A stretch of DNA of 63,785 nt, counting the filler, from Octopus bimaculoides (Eukaryota): the NCBI RefSeq assembly GCF_001194135.2. It is 6 parts of 5 records of this genome, joined end to end, with 100 filler letters (N's around TTAATTAATTAA, not from the genome) between each part and the next. Parts side by side here need not be neighbours in the genome. Positions count along the whole stretch, not along the records: positions 1 to 16,727 come from NC_068981.1; 5 more parts are not named here. One strand, given 5' to 3'. A program made the translations under genes and the position numbers. The notes beneath the pieces were generated by a model, which saw only the letters and a program-made list of their open reading frames with translations, had not been told where the DNA came from and made no database searches. Below, piece by piece: positions 1 to 12,660 of this stretch; the first letter of the stretch is position 1; each line of letters starts with the position of its first letter.

Positions 1-4
1 TTAC

Positions 5-203
5 CTGCTCCTAATAAATCGGTAATCAAGACGTTGATTCGTGTATAAACAGTGAATAGATGTTGTAGTCAGGGGAACTGTATCCATAAGTACGTCGCTT
101 TCTGATACAAGTGATATATCTCTTGTAATAAACGTGGAGGTGGAGGAGTCTTTGATGATAATTTTAGCTGACCATTGTGGTTGAGGGAAACGCAGTGGCG
201 CTG
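5..203 (-). CDS. Candidate internal exon of an unidentified gene: (T)APLRFPQPQWSAKIIIKDSSTSTFITRDISLVSESDVLMDTVPLTTTSIHCLYTNQRLDYRFIRS(R)
   Basis: tttatttgcctacag|cag tandem acceptor and AG|gtaa donor at the window edge. Complex, non-repeat sequence open in one frame only. Product unknown; weak resemblance to a cadherin-like repeat. Confidence 0.4.
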
Positions 204-612
204 CTGTAGGCAAATAAATATTTATATTATATATATACACACACACACACACGTACACACATACACACACACATACATACACACACATGCACACACCTAC
301 ACATAAATACAGAGAGAGAAATGGAGATGGATAGCAAGGCATCCATCCATCCATCCATCCATCTATCTATCTACATTTATTTCTTTTACCTGTTTCAGTC
401 ATTAGACTGTGGCCATACTGGATATAAATAATAGTATTAAGCAGAAAACAAGAGAGATATTCAGTGGTTTACAGGACATACACATGTTTACCAAAATGTC
501 AAAATAATTACATAACACTTATAGAAACATTATGCAATCATGCACTTCACATCATCTTTTCACTGAAATACATGTATGTCCTATAAAGTATTGAATACCA
601 TACTTGTTTTCT

Positions 613-692
613 ACTACTACTATTATTATTACTACTACTACTACTACTACTACCACCACGACGACGACGACGACCACCACCACCACCACCAT

Positions 693-745
<53 letters not shown>

Positions 746-796
746 ATAATAATAATAATAATAATAATGACAATGATAATAATAATAATGACAATG

Positions 797-852
<56 letters not shown>
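613..852. repeat. Compound trinucleotide microsatellite (TAC/CAC/GAC/AAT); representative of many SSRs in the window
   Basis: Direct reading. Others include (GTA/GTG)n 12590-13110, (TCTA)n 16380-16500, (TCT)n 28050-28152, and (AG)n, (CA)n, (TA)n tracts next to most N gaps. Confidence 0.97.
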
Positions 853-1146
853 NNNNNNNNNNNNNNNNNNNNNNNNNNNNNNNNNNNNNNNNNNNNNNNN
901 NNNNNNNNNNNNNNNNNNNNNNNNNNNNNNNNNNNNNNNNNNNNNNNNNNNNNNNNNNNNNNNNNNNNNNNNNNNNNNNNNNNNNNNNNNNNNNNNNNNN
1001 NNNNNNNNNNNNNNNNNNNNNNNNNNNNNNNNNNNNNNNNNNNNNNNNNNNNNNNNNNNNNNNNNNNNNNNNNNNNNNNNNNNNNNNNNNNNNNNNNNNN
1101 NNNNNNNNNNNNNNNNNNNNNNNNNNNNNNNNNNNNNNNNNNNNNN

Positions 1147-1430
1147 TCTAAAAACAGAAACAATTCCTATCATAGTAGGTGCCTTAGGTATTATAAAAAA
1201 ATATTCAGACAAATACATAACAAAAACACCAGGACTCACAAATATATATAACATACAGAAAATTGCACTACTGGGCACTGCACACATCCTACGCAAAACA
1301 CTTTCAATACAGTAACCATAAGAACATCACAGCAAACCACAGCACATACCCAAGGCACACAGAGGTGCGCTCGGTAGTGAAGTGAAAGCACGTTATAAAA
1401 ATAAAACTACTGAATAATAATAATAAGTAG
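1147..1430 (+). mobile_element. 3' end of an RLE-type (NeSL/R4/Hero-like) non-LTR element
   Basis: IPIIVGALG...IQKIALLGTAHILRKTLS* C-terminal motif, then a short UTR and (AAT)n tail. Confidence 0.65.
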
Positions 1431-3836
1431 CCCGGATGCAGTACCAAGCAGTGGCTCATGGCTTCCGATCTTAATTGATTGGAAGTGTTATCATGTACAT
1501 TGTTTTGTCTTGGCATAAAAAGGTGGGCTACAGCAAATATTCTGTTCAATACCACAGATTTGCATCCCCAGTGTTTCATTAGTACTTGATTTATCAACCC
1601 TGAAGTAACGAAAGGCAAAGTTGACCTCAGTGAAATTTGAACTCAGAACATAAAGATGAATGAAATGCCATAAAACATTCTGTCCGGCACACCCTTGAGG
1701 TTAATAAAGAAATCATCATTATAATTATTACAGTTGTTGTTGTTGTTATTATTATTGTTATTGTTATTAGGGCGGTGAGCTGGCAGAAACAGTATGCCAG
1801 GCAAAATGCTCAGTGAGATTTCGTCTGTCTTTACATTCTGTGTTCAAATTTCGCTGAGATCAACTTTGCCTTTCATCCTTTTGGGTTCATAAAAATAAGT
1901 ACCAGTCAAGCACTGGGGCTGATGTAATTCCCTTTCCCACTACCACGAAATTGCTGGCCTTGTGCCAAAATTTGAAATCATTATCATTATTATTATTATT
2001 ATTATTGAGAGAGCAGTGCATGCCATCAAAGTGACACTGGGGTAAAATATACAAAGTCCAGTACACCCATCATGACTACCCTTCCAATAAGGGGACACCA
2101 GGCACATGCATCCTAACCATATGTGCACGGTATGGTGATCTTATATCAAGATATACAGCGCATGACCTTGCAAGTGGGGTGTAGTTAGAATTTTTCAGGC
2201 TGAGTAGCCCATCCTACTCAAAAGGTCCTTGAATAAGGTTTGTTTAAGGATTTTGAATGAAAAACCCATGTTTCCAGAGGTGAATTATTGAAACCCCAAA
2301 GAATTCCTTTCAACACATGGCTATGATGCTCCCCACTACTAGCCATTATACCTTTTTCTATTTAGCCACTATACCTTTTCTATTTTCTCTCCCTGTTTAT
2401 TTCTGTGTTCCTTTCTGTCGAAGAGCATAGGCTCGAAACATAAAAGACTTTCTCACTTCCCGATCGTTAAACTAATACATCTGTTTGTTGTTTACACACC
2501 CATCTTCGTCTTTTGTTTCCTTTGTAAATTCTCACTATATATATNNNNNNNNNNNNNNNNNNNNNNNNNNNNNNNNNNNNNNNNNNNNNNNNNNNNNNNN
2601 NNNNNNNNNNNNNNNNNNNNNNNNNNNNNNNNNNNNNNNNNNNNNNNNNNNNNNNNNNNNNNNNNNNNNNNNNNNNNNNNNNNNNNNNNNNNNNNNNNNN
2701 NNNNNNNNNNNNNNNNNNNNNNNNNNNNNNNNNNNNNNNNNNTATATATACATATATACATATATATGGCATCCAGCTGTAGAAACTCTGCTAAATCAGA
2801 TTGGAGCCTGGCGTAGCCATCTGGCTTGCCAGTCCTCAGTCAAATCGTCCAACCCATGCTAGCATGGAAAGCAGCCGTTAAACGATGATGATGATGAAGT
2901 AGAAAAACAGACAAATGTTAACAAGTAAAAGGAATTTGTTTATTTATATGAAGATTGCATATAGAATTTACATGATATAATCAAGTCTTATCTTCACAAC
3001 TCTTCTGAATGATTGGGCAGATTGCTATAAAATACATATTATGTAAGCAGATAGAATACTGCAATAATATTGTAGGTATACATAAAAGCAAAGCAAAGTA
3101 TCAATTAGGACAGATCTTGATCAGCCTGTGCAGCAGAGTTGCATCATTCTCTTCAGAAGATGAAAGGTGAATGGATTAATAGAGATAGCGTTTATAAATA
3201 TATATTGAGGGTTTGAATTAGATACATAGAAGGATGTAGAAAAGAGGTTGTAGTGAAAGGTATAGAGGTAGGTAGGTGATATGGAGAGAAGAAATACAAG
3301 GAGAAGAGGAGTGTATTAGTGAACTGAAGAGAAGTATAACTATGGAGGTAAGGGTATAGTAGAAGGATTGAATGATCAAAGGAATGGTGAAGCTAAGGGT
3401 GAGTCAGAAACCACATTAATCATACCAGACTGGGGATGGATAAAAAAATAATGATGAACCCTATCAAAGACTAGGAAGCTGCTTTCCAGTACAAGTGCAG
3501 TCAGTTGAAAACTCCACATAGCAGATGCCAGAATGTTATAGGGGTCATCAAGAGAGAATGTGCACTGTTTTGGGGCCTTTCTCTCAATGGCTTTACAGTG
3601 TACTGGCTCTCATCACTGATGTGTTTTGCTTGACTAGTGTTTGACCACAAGTTCATTTTGGGATCATCACCTCTCCAGCCAGGTTTTGTAATTTCTGTTC
3701 AGCCATATCCAATGGTTGATACTTAAAGTCAGTCATTGGTCCATTGTAAATTCTTGTGGAGTTAGAGTGCGTTGTGTTAGCTATACACTTATACACAATG
3801 CTGTAGTATAGACAGCAGCTCTTCAAGGGACACTTA

Positions 3837-5141
3837 CGAGGAGGTACCCAAAAGTAACTGGAAATGTTCTGTGGGACAAGTCACTTGTAGTTCAGGCTTC
3901 TGCCACTAGAAGTTGCTTGATGCGACCCCCAGGCATCAATCTGTTGACTGGCATTGTTTGATGAAGTCATACTGCTATGTGGTACATCTTTGTTTAGCAG
4001 TGCTTCTTTCTCCTCTGTTTGTTGATTTTTGCAATGGCTGAAATGAAGGAACAGCATGCTTCTGTAAAATTCTGTTTCCTGCTAGGGAAAATGGCAGCCA
4101 AAACAACTTACAAGGATGCTGCCATGAGCAAAACACAAGTTTACAAGTGGTTTTCGTGCTTTAGGAATGGTCACTTGTCACTTGAAGGCCAACCTTGTTC
4201 AGGGCAGCCATCAACCTTCCATACAAATGAAGACATCATGAAAATTCATGAACCAATCTTGGAGGACCATCGCTGAGCCTTTGATGAACTTGAGGGTATG
4301 ACTGGTGTGTCCTGGAGCTCTTGCCAACGTATTTTGAGTGAGGAATTGTGAATGAAAAGAGTTGCAGCAAAATTTGTGCCTTGTTTGCTCATGGAAGATC
4401 AAAAGCAGTCATGACTGAATGTGTATAATGAACTGAAGGAACAGTTGGAAGTTGATCCATATCTTTTTGCAAAGGTCATCACTGGTGATGAAAGCTGGTG
4501 CTGTGGTTACGATCTAGAAATGAAGCAGCAATCAAGTCTATGAAAGCATTCACTGTCACCACACCCCCAAAAAGCACATCAAGTGAAGTCCAATGTCAAG
4601 ACAATGCTGATTTGTTTCATCGATGTGAAAGGAATTGTCCACACAGAATTTGTTCCTCCTGATCAAACTGTTAATCAGACATTTTATTTGGTTGTTCTGA
4701 AGTGTTTGTGAGACATGGTGAGATGAAAACACCTTGACCTGTGGCAAAGTGCAGGATGGTGGTTTCATCATGACAATGCACCAGTGTACACTGCCTTAAG
4801 TGTGAGACTGTTTTTGACCAAAAATGGCATGAGATCACTTATGCACCCTCTCTATTCCTCCAATCTTGCTCACTGTGACTTTTTTTGCTTTCCCAAATGA
4901 AAAATAGTTCTTAAAGAAAAACACTTTGTAGATGTGGAAGAGGTGAAGAAAAAACGATGGAAGCGTCAAAAGGCATCACTTTGCAAGAGTTCCAGGACTA
5001 CTTTGAACAGTGGAAAATGCATCCAAACCAATGCATTGCTTGAAATGGAGAATACATTGAAGGCGATAAAAATGTAAACATGTAAAACTAAGTGACTAAA
5101 ATGATATTACAAAATTCTGGTTTCTTTTGGGTACCCCCTTG
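3837..5141 (+). mobile_element. Full-length (~1.3 kb) degenerate mariner (DD34D-type)
   Basis: TA|CGAGGAGGTACCCAAAAGTAACTGGAA ... TTCTGGTTTCTTTTGGGTACCCCCTTG|TA imperfect TIRs with TA TSD. Fragments ITGDESW, FHHDNAP, HPLYSSNLAHCDFF. Confidence 0.92.
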
Positions 5142-6859
5142 TAGTTAGTATTCTAAGATTGCACACCTTATCTTAGGTAATGCAAGGCACATCATTTATT
5201 TCATTATGATCATTAGAAATTATATTATTATCAGTCTTATTGTCAATCATATTATTATTGCCATTATCATAAGAAGCACCATAATTATTATTACAGCCAC
5301 ACAATTACTATAAACATTGTTGTAATTACAATTGCTATTATGATTAAAACTATTGCTATATAAGCCATTACTCTTATTACTGTTATTCTTAACCTAATCA
5401 TTAATGCTCTTTACAATATTGTCCCTTTTATTATGGATGAGTGTAGGAATACCTTTATTAGCAAGGGTTGGTTGACCATGTTTGTAATTGTGGGACTGAT
5501 AAATAATATTACTAGCATAGTAATATTATTTATCAGTTTATTATTTATTAATAACATAGTTATACACATATAATAATAATCATTATTCATGTGGGTATCT
5601 ATAACATTATTGTTGCCATTAATATTATGATCACTTCTGGTAACAATTTTTATCATCATTATTATTAAAACCGAAAGGCAGCGAGCTGGCAGAAATGTTA
5701 GCACACCAGACGAAATGCTTAGCAGTATATTGTCTGTCTACATTCTGAGTTCAAATTCTGCTAAGGTCGACTTTGCCTTTCATCCTTTCTGGGTTGATAA
5801 ATTAAGTACCAGTTGCATACTGAGGTCGATCTAATCAAATGGTCCCCTCCCCATAATTTTGGGCCTTGTGCCTAGAGTAGAAAACATTGATATTATAATC
5901 ACTTCTGGTAACAATTTTAATCATCATTATAATTAAAATTGAAAGGTGGCAAGCTGGCAGAATTGACTGGTTCCCTCCCTCAAAATTTCAGGCCTTGTGC
6001 CTAGAGTAGAACAGATTATTATTAAAATTGAGGTGGCAGAATTGTTAGCATACTGGGAAAATTGCTTTGTAGCATTTCATCTGTTGTTATGTTCTGAGTT
6101 CAAATTCCGCTGGGGTTGACTTTGCCTTTCATCCTTTCAGGATCGATAAAGTAAGTACCAGTTGCATACTGGAGTCAGTTTAATCGACTGTTCCCCTCCC
6201 CCAAATTTCAAGCCTAGTACCTTTAATAGAAAGGTTTACCAATATCACTGTAGTCAGCATTATTAATATTAGAAGTGGTTGTTTGTCTGTCTTTACGTTC
6301 TGAGTTCAAATTCTGCTGAGGTTGACTTTGCCTTTCATCCTTTTGAGGTTGATAAATTAGGTACCAGTTGCATACTGGAGTTGATCTAATTGACTTGCCT
6401 CCTCCCCCCAAATTTCGGGCCTTGTGCCTAGAGTATTAGAAATGATTGTAGTTATTGTTATTAACATTATTCATGTTCTCAGTTAAATTTCTTTCTGTTT
6501 CTATTTTTGTTTTTATCTCTATCATGGTTGTTTTTTCTATAATTTTTGTAGTGGTCCATATTGTTTATACAATTGTTATTGTCATTGGGGTTATTGTTGT
6601 TTTTATTATAAGTGATATTATCTCTATTACTATCTCTATTATTCTTATGAGAACAATTATGAGAATTATTATTACTATTATTATAATTATAGTAGTAATC
6701 ATGATGGAAATTATCATGTTTCTTTACTATAGTATCTGGATACACATGTATATGTTATGTATATGCTTACATAACATATACATCACACAATGTCTACAGT
6801 GGATTATGATACAACTAAAATCAACATAGTATTGTGCCGAGTCAAAAGTTTGGCAAAAA

Positions 6860-7200
6860 TTTTGGTAATTTATTCACTATATTTGTCAAGTCACAACAAA
6901 AGCAGCCTGGCATTCAAAGTAGAGGCCATTGTGGTGCACCATCTGAAGCCATCTTTCTGCTAGTTCTTTGATTCCATACTGATACCAGTTCTTGTCCTTT
7001 GAAATGAATGATTCCTTCACTGAAACTTCTACTTCCTTTTGATTCATGAAGCATTGTGAGAGATATTTTTCTGCAAACTTAACGTGCATAAGCAGTGGTA
7101 AAGCAAGGGCCATCTTCTGGAACTTGTTGCCAAGTATGGCTGTTTCAAACATAAGGTGATGCTCTATGTCTGGTAGAATTATGAGGTGATAATTCACTAT
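6860..7200 (-). mobile_element. Mariner transposase C-terminal remnant
   Basis: WYQYGIKELAERWLQMVHHNGLYFE is a typical mariner C-terminus. Confidence 0.75.
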
Positions 7201-8829
7201 GAATTCATTCTGGTTCCATTTTACTCATCCCTACTGGATCCAATTGTTGAGTACTTTTAGCAGACAATTTTGCCACATTTCCAGTTTAAAAGTAACTCCT
7301 TTTTCTCATACCATTCTAAGAGGCACTGAACAAGAGTTGGAGGAGATAGAGTAGTAATCATGATCAAGTCATTAAAAAAAAAAAAAATACAATAGTAACA
7401 CTCTTGAAAAATGCTTCAACGTTACAATTTATTATTTCCGCTCTCTTAAGGTAGTGACCTGTTAGAATCATTAACACATTGGACAAAATGCCACAAGGCA
7501 TTTCCTATGACTTGTTACATTCTAAGATCAAATTTAGCTGGGGTCACTTTTGTCTTTCGTCCCTTTGGGTTGATAAAATAAAGTACCACTCAAGTACTGG
7601 GGTTAATGTAATTAATTTACCTTCTCTCCTCAAAACTGCTGACCTTCAGTAGCATATCTAGGGAGGGTAAGTGAATGCAGCCCACCCTGAGCTATGCTTT
7701 TTGAGGAAGGGGCACTTTTGAGTTAGTTATATAAGCATGCATAGACAGCAAATGCAAAGGGTGGGGTGACAGACACAAGGGCTGCTCTGGGCAGTACATA
7801 CTCTAGTGATGCCACTGATGGCCCTGTGCCAATATTAGAAAGAATTATTTCTCCCCTTCCCTCTTGAAACATAAAATGAAGTCTTTTTATACCTAATTAA
7901 AAAAAAAATTAAGAAAAAAGATGGAACAAGGGGTTAAATTTATGGCAAGCCAAGACAGCAATGTAATCTGGATCTTTATTTGAAGCTGTTTCACCACATT
8001 TTCATCTCTTCTACTCTTATTTCTCTCTCCTTTTATCCCTTTCCTCACAAAAATATAGGGTCTTTGAACTTAATCGAAAAGAAATCAATAATGGAATCAC
8101 AAAGGTTTGTAATGTAATCTGTCATAATTAGTTACATGTAATAGCCATGGTAACAGATTCAAGCCTAAATGATCATAAACAATTTCAATAGTTTTTTTCT
8201 TAATATTAAAGTAACATTAAAGTAATGTTGGAAACACACACTGGTTAATATTCGTTAAATGTTATAACCAAAAATGTTGCTAATAATAAAAATGTAGTTT
8301 TGTAATTAAAGGAAATGGATTTCTCTGGAATTTATTAATGTGTTTTGCCATTAACCTTTATGAAATATTAATTGTTTATTTTTTGATGTTTTCATTTACA
8401 AAGCAGTTTTTTTCTCCTCTCTTGTTTGGAACCAGTTTTCCCTTTGTTGTGTTATGGCGTTAACTCACTTGGTTAACTTTTATAATGCTTTCAGGTTTCA
8501 TTTTATGACATAAAAAGTTCTGGTGGCCAAAGTTTATTCTGCATGTTATAATCACTACACCATCTGGACAAAAACTTTAGAACATTGTCAGCCTATCATG
8601 AATAAACTGCTAAAATTTTTATGTAAATTATGTACCCGTATACAGTGAGATGTCATTGGTGAGAAGTGTATTTGGAATGATGACAGTGTAATTGCAGTTG
8701 ATATGAAACATAAGAAAATAATGCCACTGGTTAATTTATTAATCCAACTTTAAGAGCATCAAAGCCATTAACTTACAATGATGGATGATATTTAGATTTT
8801 TTAAAGCATAGTTATTCAACAGGGATTGT

Positions 8830-9780
8830 TTTTAGTGTGGCAGTACAATTAGGAAGGGCTGCTGATCATAGAGAATGCATAGGATAAAGAAGGGCAACTT
8901 CATTCTGACCCTACAAATGTACCAGCAATTCAAATTGGCAGCAGCATGGTAGATTAAGTGATCAAAGATGTGAAGAAAGGGGTAAGCTATGGGGTCATCA
9001 AGAATAGGTGGAGAGATGCTCAAAATATTCAGTGAGTTAGGGTACTACCCAAATAGTTATTGAAGTTATGCAAGAAGAAGTTGTACCCAATAACTGGTGT
9101 TGCAGTATCATCATAAACCACTACAAAGGCAAAGGAGAAGCCTTAGAGAGAAGTAGCTGTGAGTCAAGGTGATGAAAGTCACAGAGAGAATCTTAGCACA
9201 CTAGATATGATGTAGTTTGGTTTTATGCCTGGAAGAGGTCCCACAGATGCAATCTTCTTGAAGCAACTGCAGGAGAAATACTTAGCCAAGAGCAAACCAT
9301 TATTCCTGGCATTCATTGACTTGGAGAAAGCGTGAGGGTACCATGTGCAATAATTTGGTAATTACTAAGGAAATTAAGTGTTGATGAATAACCTGTGAGA
9401 GCTGTACAAATCATGTACAAAGACACAATAAATAAAGTCTACATTGACTTCAATGATAAATTTAGTATGGGGATTGGAGTACATCAAGGTCCAGTCTTCA
9501 GCTCCCTTCCATTCATCATATTCCTACAGGTTATCACAAAAGAGTTTAAGATTGGGTGTCCATGAGAACTCCTATATACGGATGTTCTAGTCCAAAAGTA
9601 TAGCATCCAGCTTTTTCTGTTGGAGTGAAGGGCAGATTGTATGATGCCTGTGTTAGAACCGCAAAGCTACATTGTAATGAGACATGGACTTTCAATGGTG
9701 AGGATTTGAGAAGATTGGAAAAAAATGAAAAGGGCATGCTCCATCGGATGTGCAATGCAACTGTGCATAAATGATATAGT
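8830..9780 (+). mobile_element. RTE-clade LINE RT fragment
   Basis: Fragments FGFMPGRGPTDAIF, LQEKYLAKSKPLFLAFIDLEKA, GVHQGPVFS. Confidence 0.8.
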
Positions 9781-10326
9781 ATGTGTNNNNNNNNNNNNNN
9801 NNNNNNNNNNNNNNNNNNNNNNNNNNNNNNNNNNNNNNNNNNNNNNNNNNNNNNNNNNNNNNNNNNNNNNNNNNNNNNNNNNNNNNNNNNNNNNNNNNNN
9901 NNNNNNNNNNNNNNNNNNNNNNNNNNNNNNNNNNNNNNNNNNNNNNNNNNNNNNNNNNNNNNNNNNNNNNNNNNNNNNNNNNNNNNNNNNNNNNNNNNNN
10001 NNNNNNNNNNNNNNNNNNNNNNNNNNNNNNNNNNNNNNNNNNNNNNNNNNNNNNNNNNNNNNNNNNNNNNNNNNNNNNNNNNNNNNNNNNNNNNNNNNNN
10101 NNNNNNNNNNNNNNNNNNNNNNNNNNNNNNNNNNNNNNNNNNNNNNNNNNNNNNNNNNNNNNNNNNNNNNNNNNNNNNNNNNNNNNNNNNNNNNNNNNNN
10201 NNNNNNNNNNNNNNNNNNNNNNNNNNNNNNNNNNNNNNNNNNNNNNNNNNNNNNNNNNNNNNNNNNNNNNNNNNNNNNNNNNNNNNNNNNNNNNNNNNNN
10301 NNNNNNNNNNNNNNNNNNNNNNNNNN

Positions 10327-10359
<33 letters not shown>

Positions 10360-12593
10360 AGAGAGCATGAGAGAATGTGGTGATGTTGATTATGAATGCC
10401 AGAAACATGGACGAAGGTAAATAACTCAGGACAATATTCTGTGTGGTCAGTACAAATATTATAGAGTATCATATACGGCATGTATATTTAGTATATAGAA
10501 TGCTCCCCTGAGATAATTTTCCCCAGACTTTTTTTATTGTTGCTAGTCTTACTCAGTGTCTTTACATTTCTTCTATTTCTGCACATGTTGGATCATTCTT
10601 TGTCTTTTCAACTGAATATAACATGCTTCACTGAGGAAAACTAATAAGACAGAACCATGTCCATTGCTTTTACCTGTTTGACAAGTTCTATACTAATCTG
10701 CATTGTTTTACACTGTCCAAAAAATGCATTTAACTGAACTTATAGTTATGTGACTTGCATGTTGCTTTTAGATTTTAAGCAAATCTACAGAGCTGTAATT
10801 TTTTTGTTTGTTAGCTATTTGAATAATATCAGATGGTTGAAGTTTTTTGTTTTAACTCAGAACATATGCTATGCTCAAAAATTGTGCTTCTGAAACTTTC
10901 TTTAACAATTACCTTCAGTCATTTGCTAACCTTTTTTTGTTGCCCTCATGTCACAAAATTACCACATAAAATTGTTGTTGACAGGTTGATTACCATTAAA
11001 AGATGACTTGTACATTAATCATTTCATCAATATAATATGGAATGTCAAAACAAAATTTTGGCCTCTAATATTACCAGATGATTTACACACAGTAAAAACA
11101 GAAAATATTCTTTGAGTTTCACATACACCCTAGAGCTATCAGTTAAAACTTATCTATCTATTCTAATTTATAATTGTATTTTCTATACTTTCACACACAC
11201 ACAAACAGACAGACAGACAGGCAGACAGACAGACAGACAGACACACACACACACGCACGCACGCACACCTACACACACACACACACACACTCGCACACAT
11301 ATTGACTTCTCTGCTCACATATAATTTTATACATGTCTGTTTCACCCTTTGGATACCAACCTGGTAGAAACCACCTCTAGCTCTGTAGTACAAATGGCTT
11401 GTTTTCAAATATTCTAAATTAAAATCGTCCACCAAACTTTAGTCACAATTTATATTCCTACCACTAGCTTAATGATAACTAAGTTATTTTATTAAATTCT
11501 TTGATATATTTAAAATTAATTGAAAGAAACACAGAGCATCTCAACAGAAATATGGTAACAAGAGAGTTAAATACATGAGTAGACTATGAGATTAACAAAT
11601 GTCACTTATAGCTAGAATTGACAATTTCAAGCCTGTACATTTGCAAACATATGTAGACAGAAGTCAGCATTATCTAATGCCAAAGGTGCAGTGGCTGTCT
11701 TTATTGCATGTATGGAAATACCCATAAGGATTTGGTTGCCTAAGGCTAAAGTAAGAAAACACTTGTTGAAGGTGCCACACACTGGGACAGAACCTGAAAC
11801 TGTGTGGATTTTGAAGTGTGAAGTCTCTTACTGTTGATGATGTCTTGGCTGTTGTTATTGTTGCTATGACTGAGTAACAAGCAATTTATAGTAATATTAC
11901 TTTTTAAAAAAACATATTTTCAATATAATATTTAAATAAGAGACCCCCCACCAAAAAAAAAAACTGTACAGATGCATTTCTCATGCTCTCTCTACTACCC
12001 TGTTTGTGTTCAGTACCTTATAAAATTTTTATCTTATATGTCCTTTCTTTCTTTTAAAGACAGTCCGTCATGATTCAAGAGACATATGGTTGTTATTTCT
12101 AGTAGGTTGAGCAGCTGTGTATATTGATGCCTTTTCTTTGGCTAATTGCTAATGAGTGGTGTTAGAAGTAGAAAAGTGATGAGGATAATGGTAGTAGCAG
12201 TGATTGTGAATGTATGATAAGAAAGATTTATGATGGTATAATAGAAGAAGTGACTGGATGTTGGTCTCAGGTGAACTCTTATCAGGTGGCCTCAGGTCAG
12301 CTTTAATCAAGTAGCTCCAGGTTAGTTCTAATGAAAAAATTCAACCAGCTCTGGTCAAATTACTCCAGTTATGACCATTACATAAAATTTCAAAACAAAT
12401 CATGTAGGATTGCTCAATTTCCTTCATTTTTTTGAGATAGTAAAGTGTAGTTGAGTGGATTTGGCTGCTATTTTTAGCAGGTTGATTGACTATCTAAAGG
12501 CACTCTCATTAGTTAACCATAATTAACAATGATAGCAGTGGAGATAATGGTAGTAGTGGTGGTGTTGGTGATGGTAATAGTAGCAGCAGCAAC

Positions 12594-12660
<67 letters not shown>

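Noticed and set aside
547-1315. Long ORFs in the track crossing N runs or microsatellites (also 9546-10481, 15300-15948, 36577-37383, 40164-41054, 52372-53399, 56093-56725, 60871-61874)
   Set aside because: They are open only because N and SSR tracts lack stop codons.
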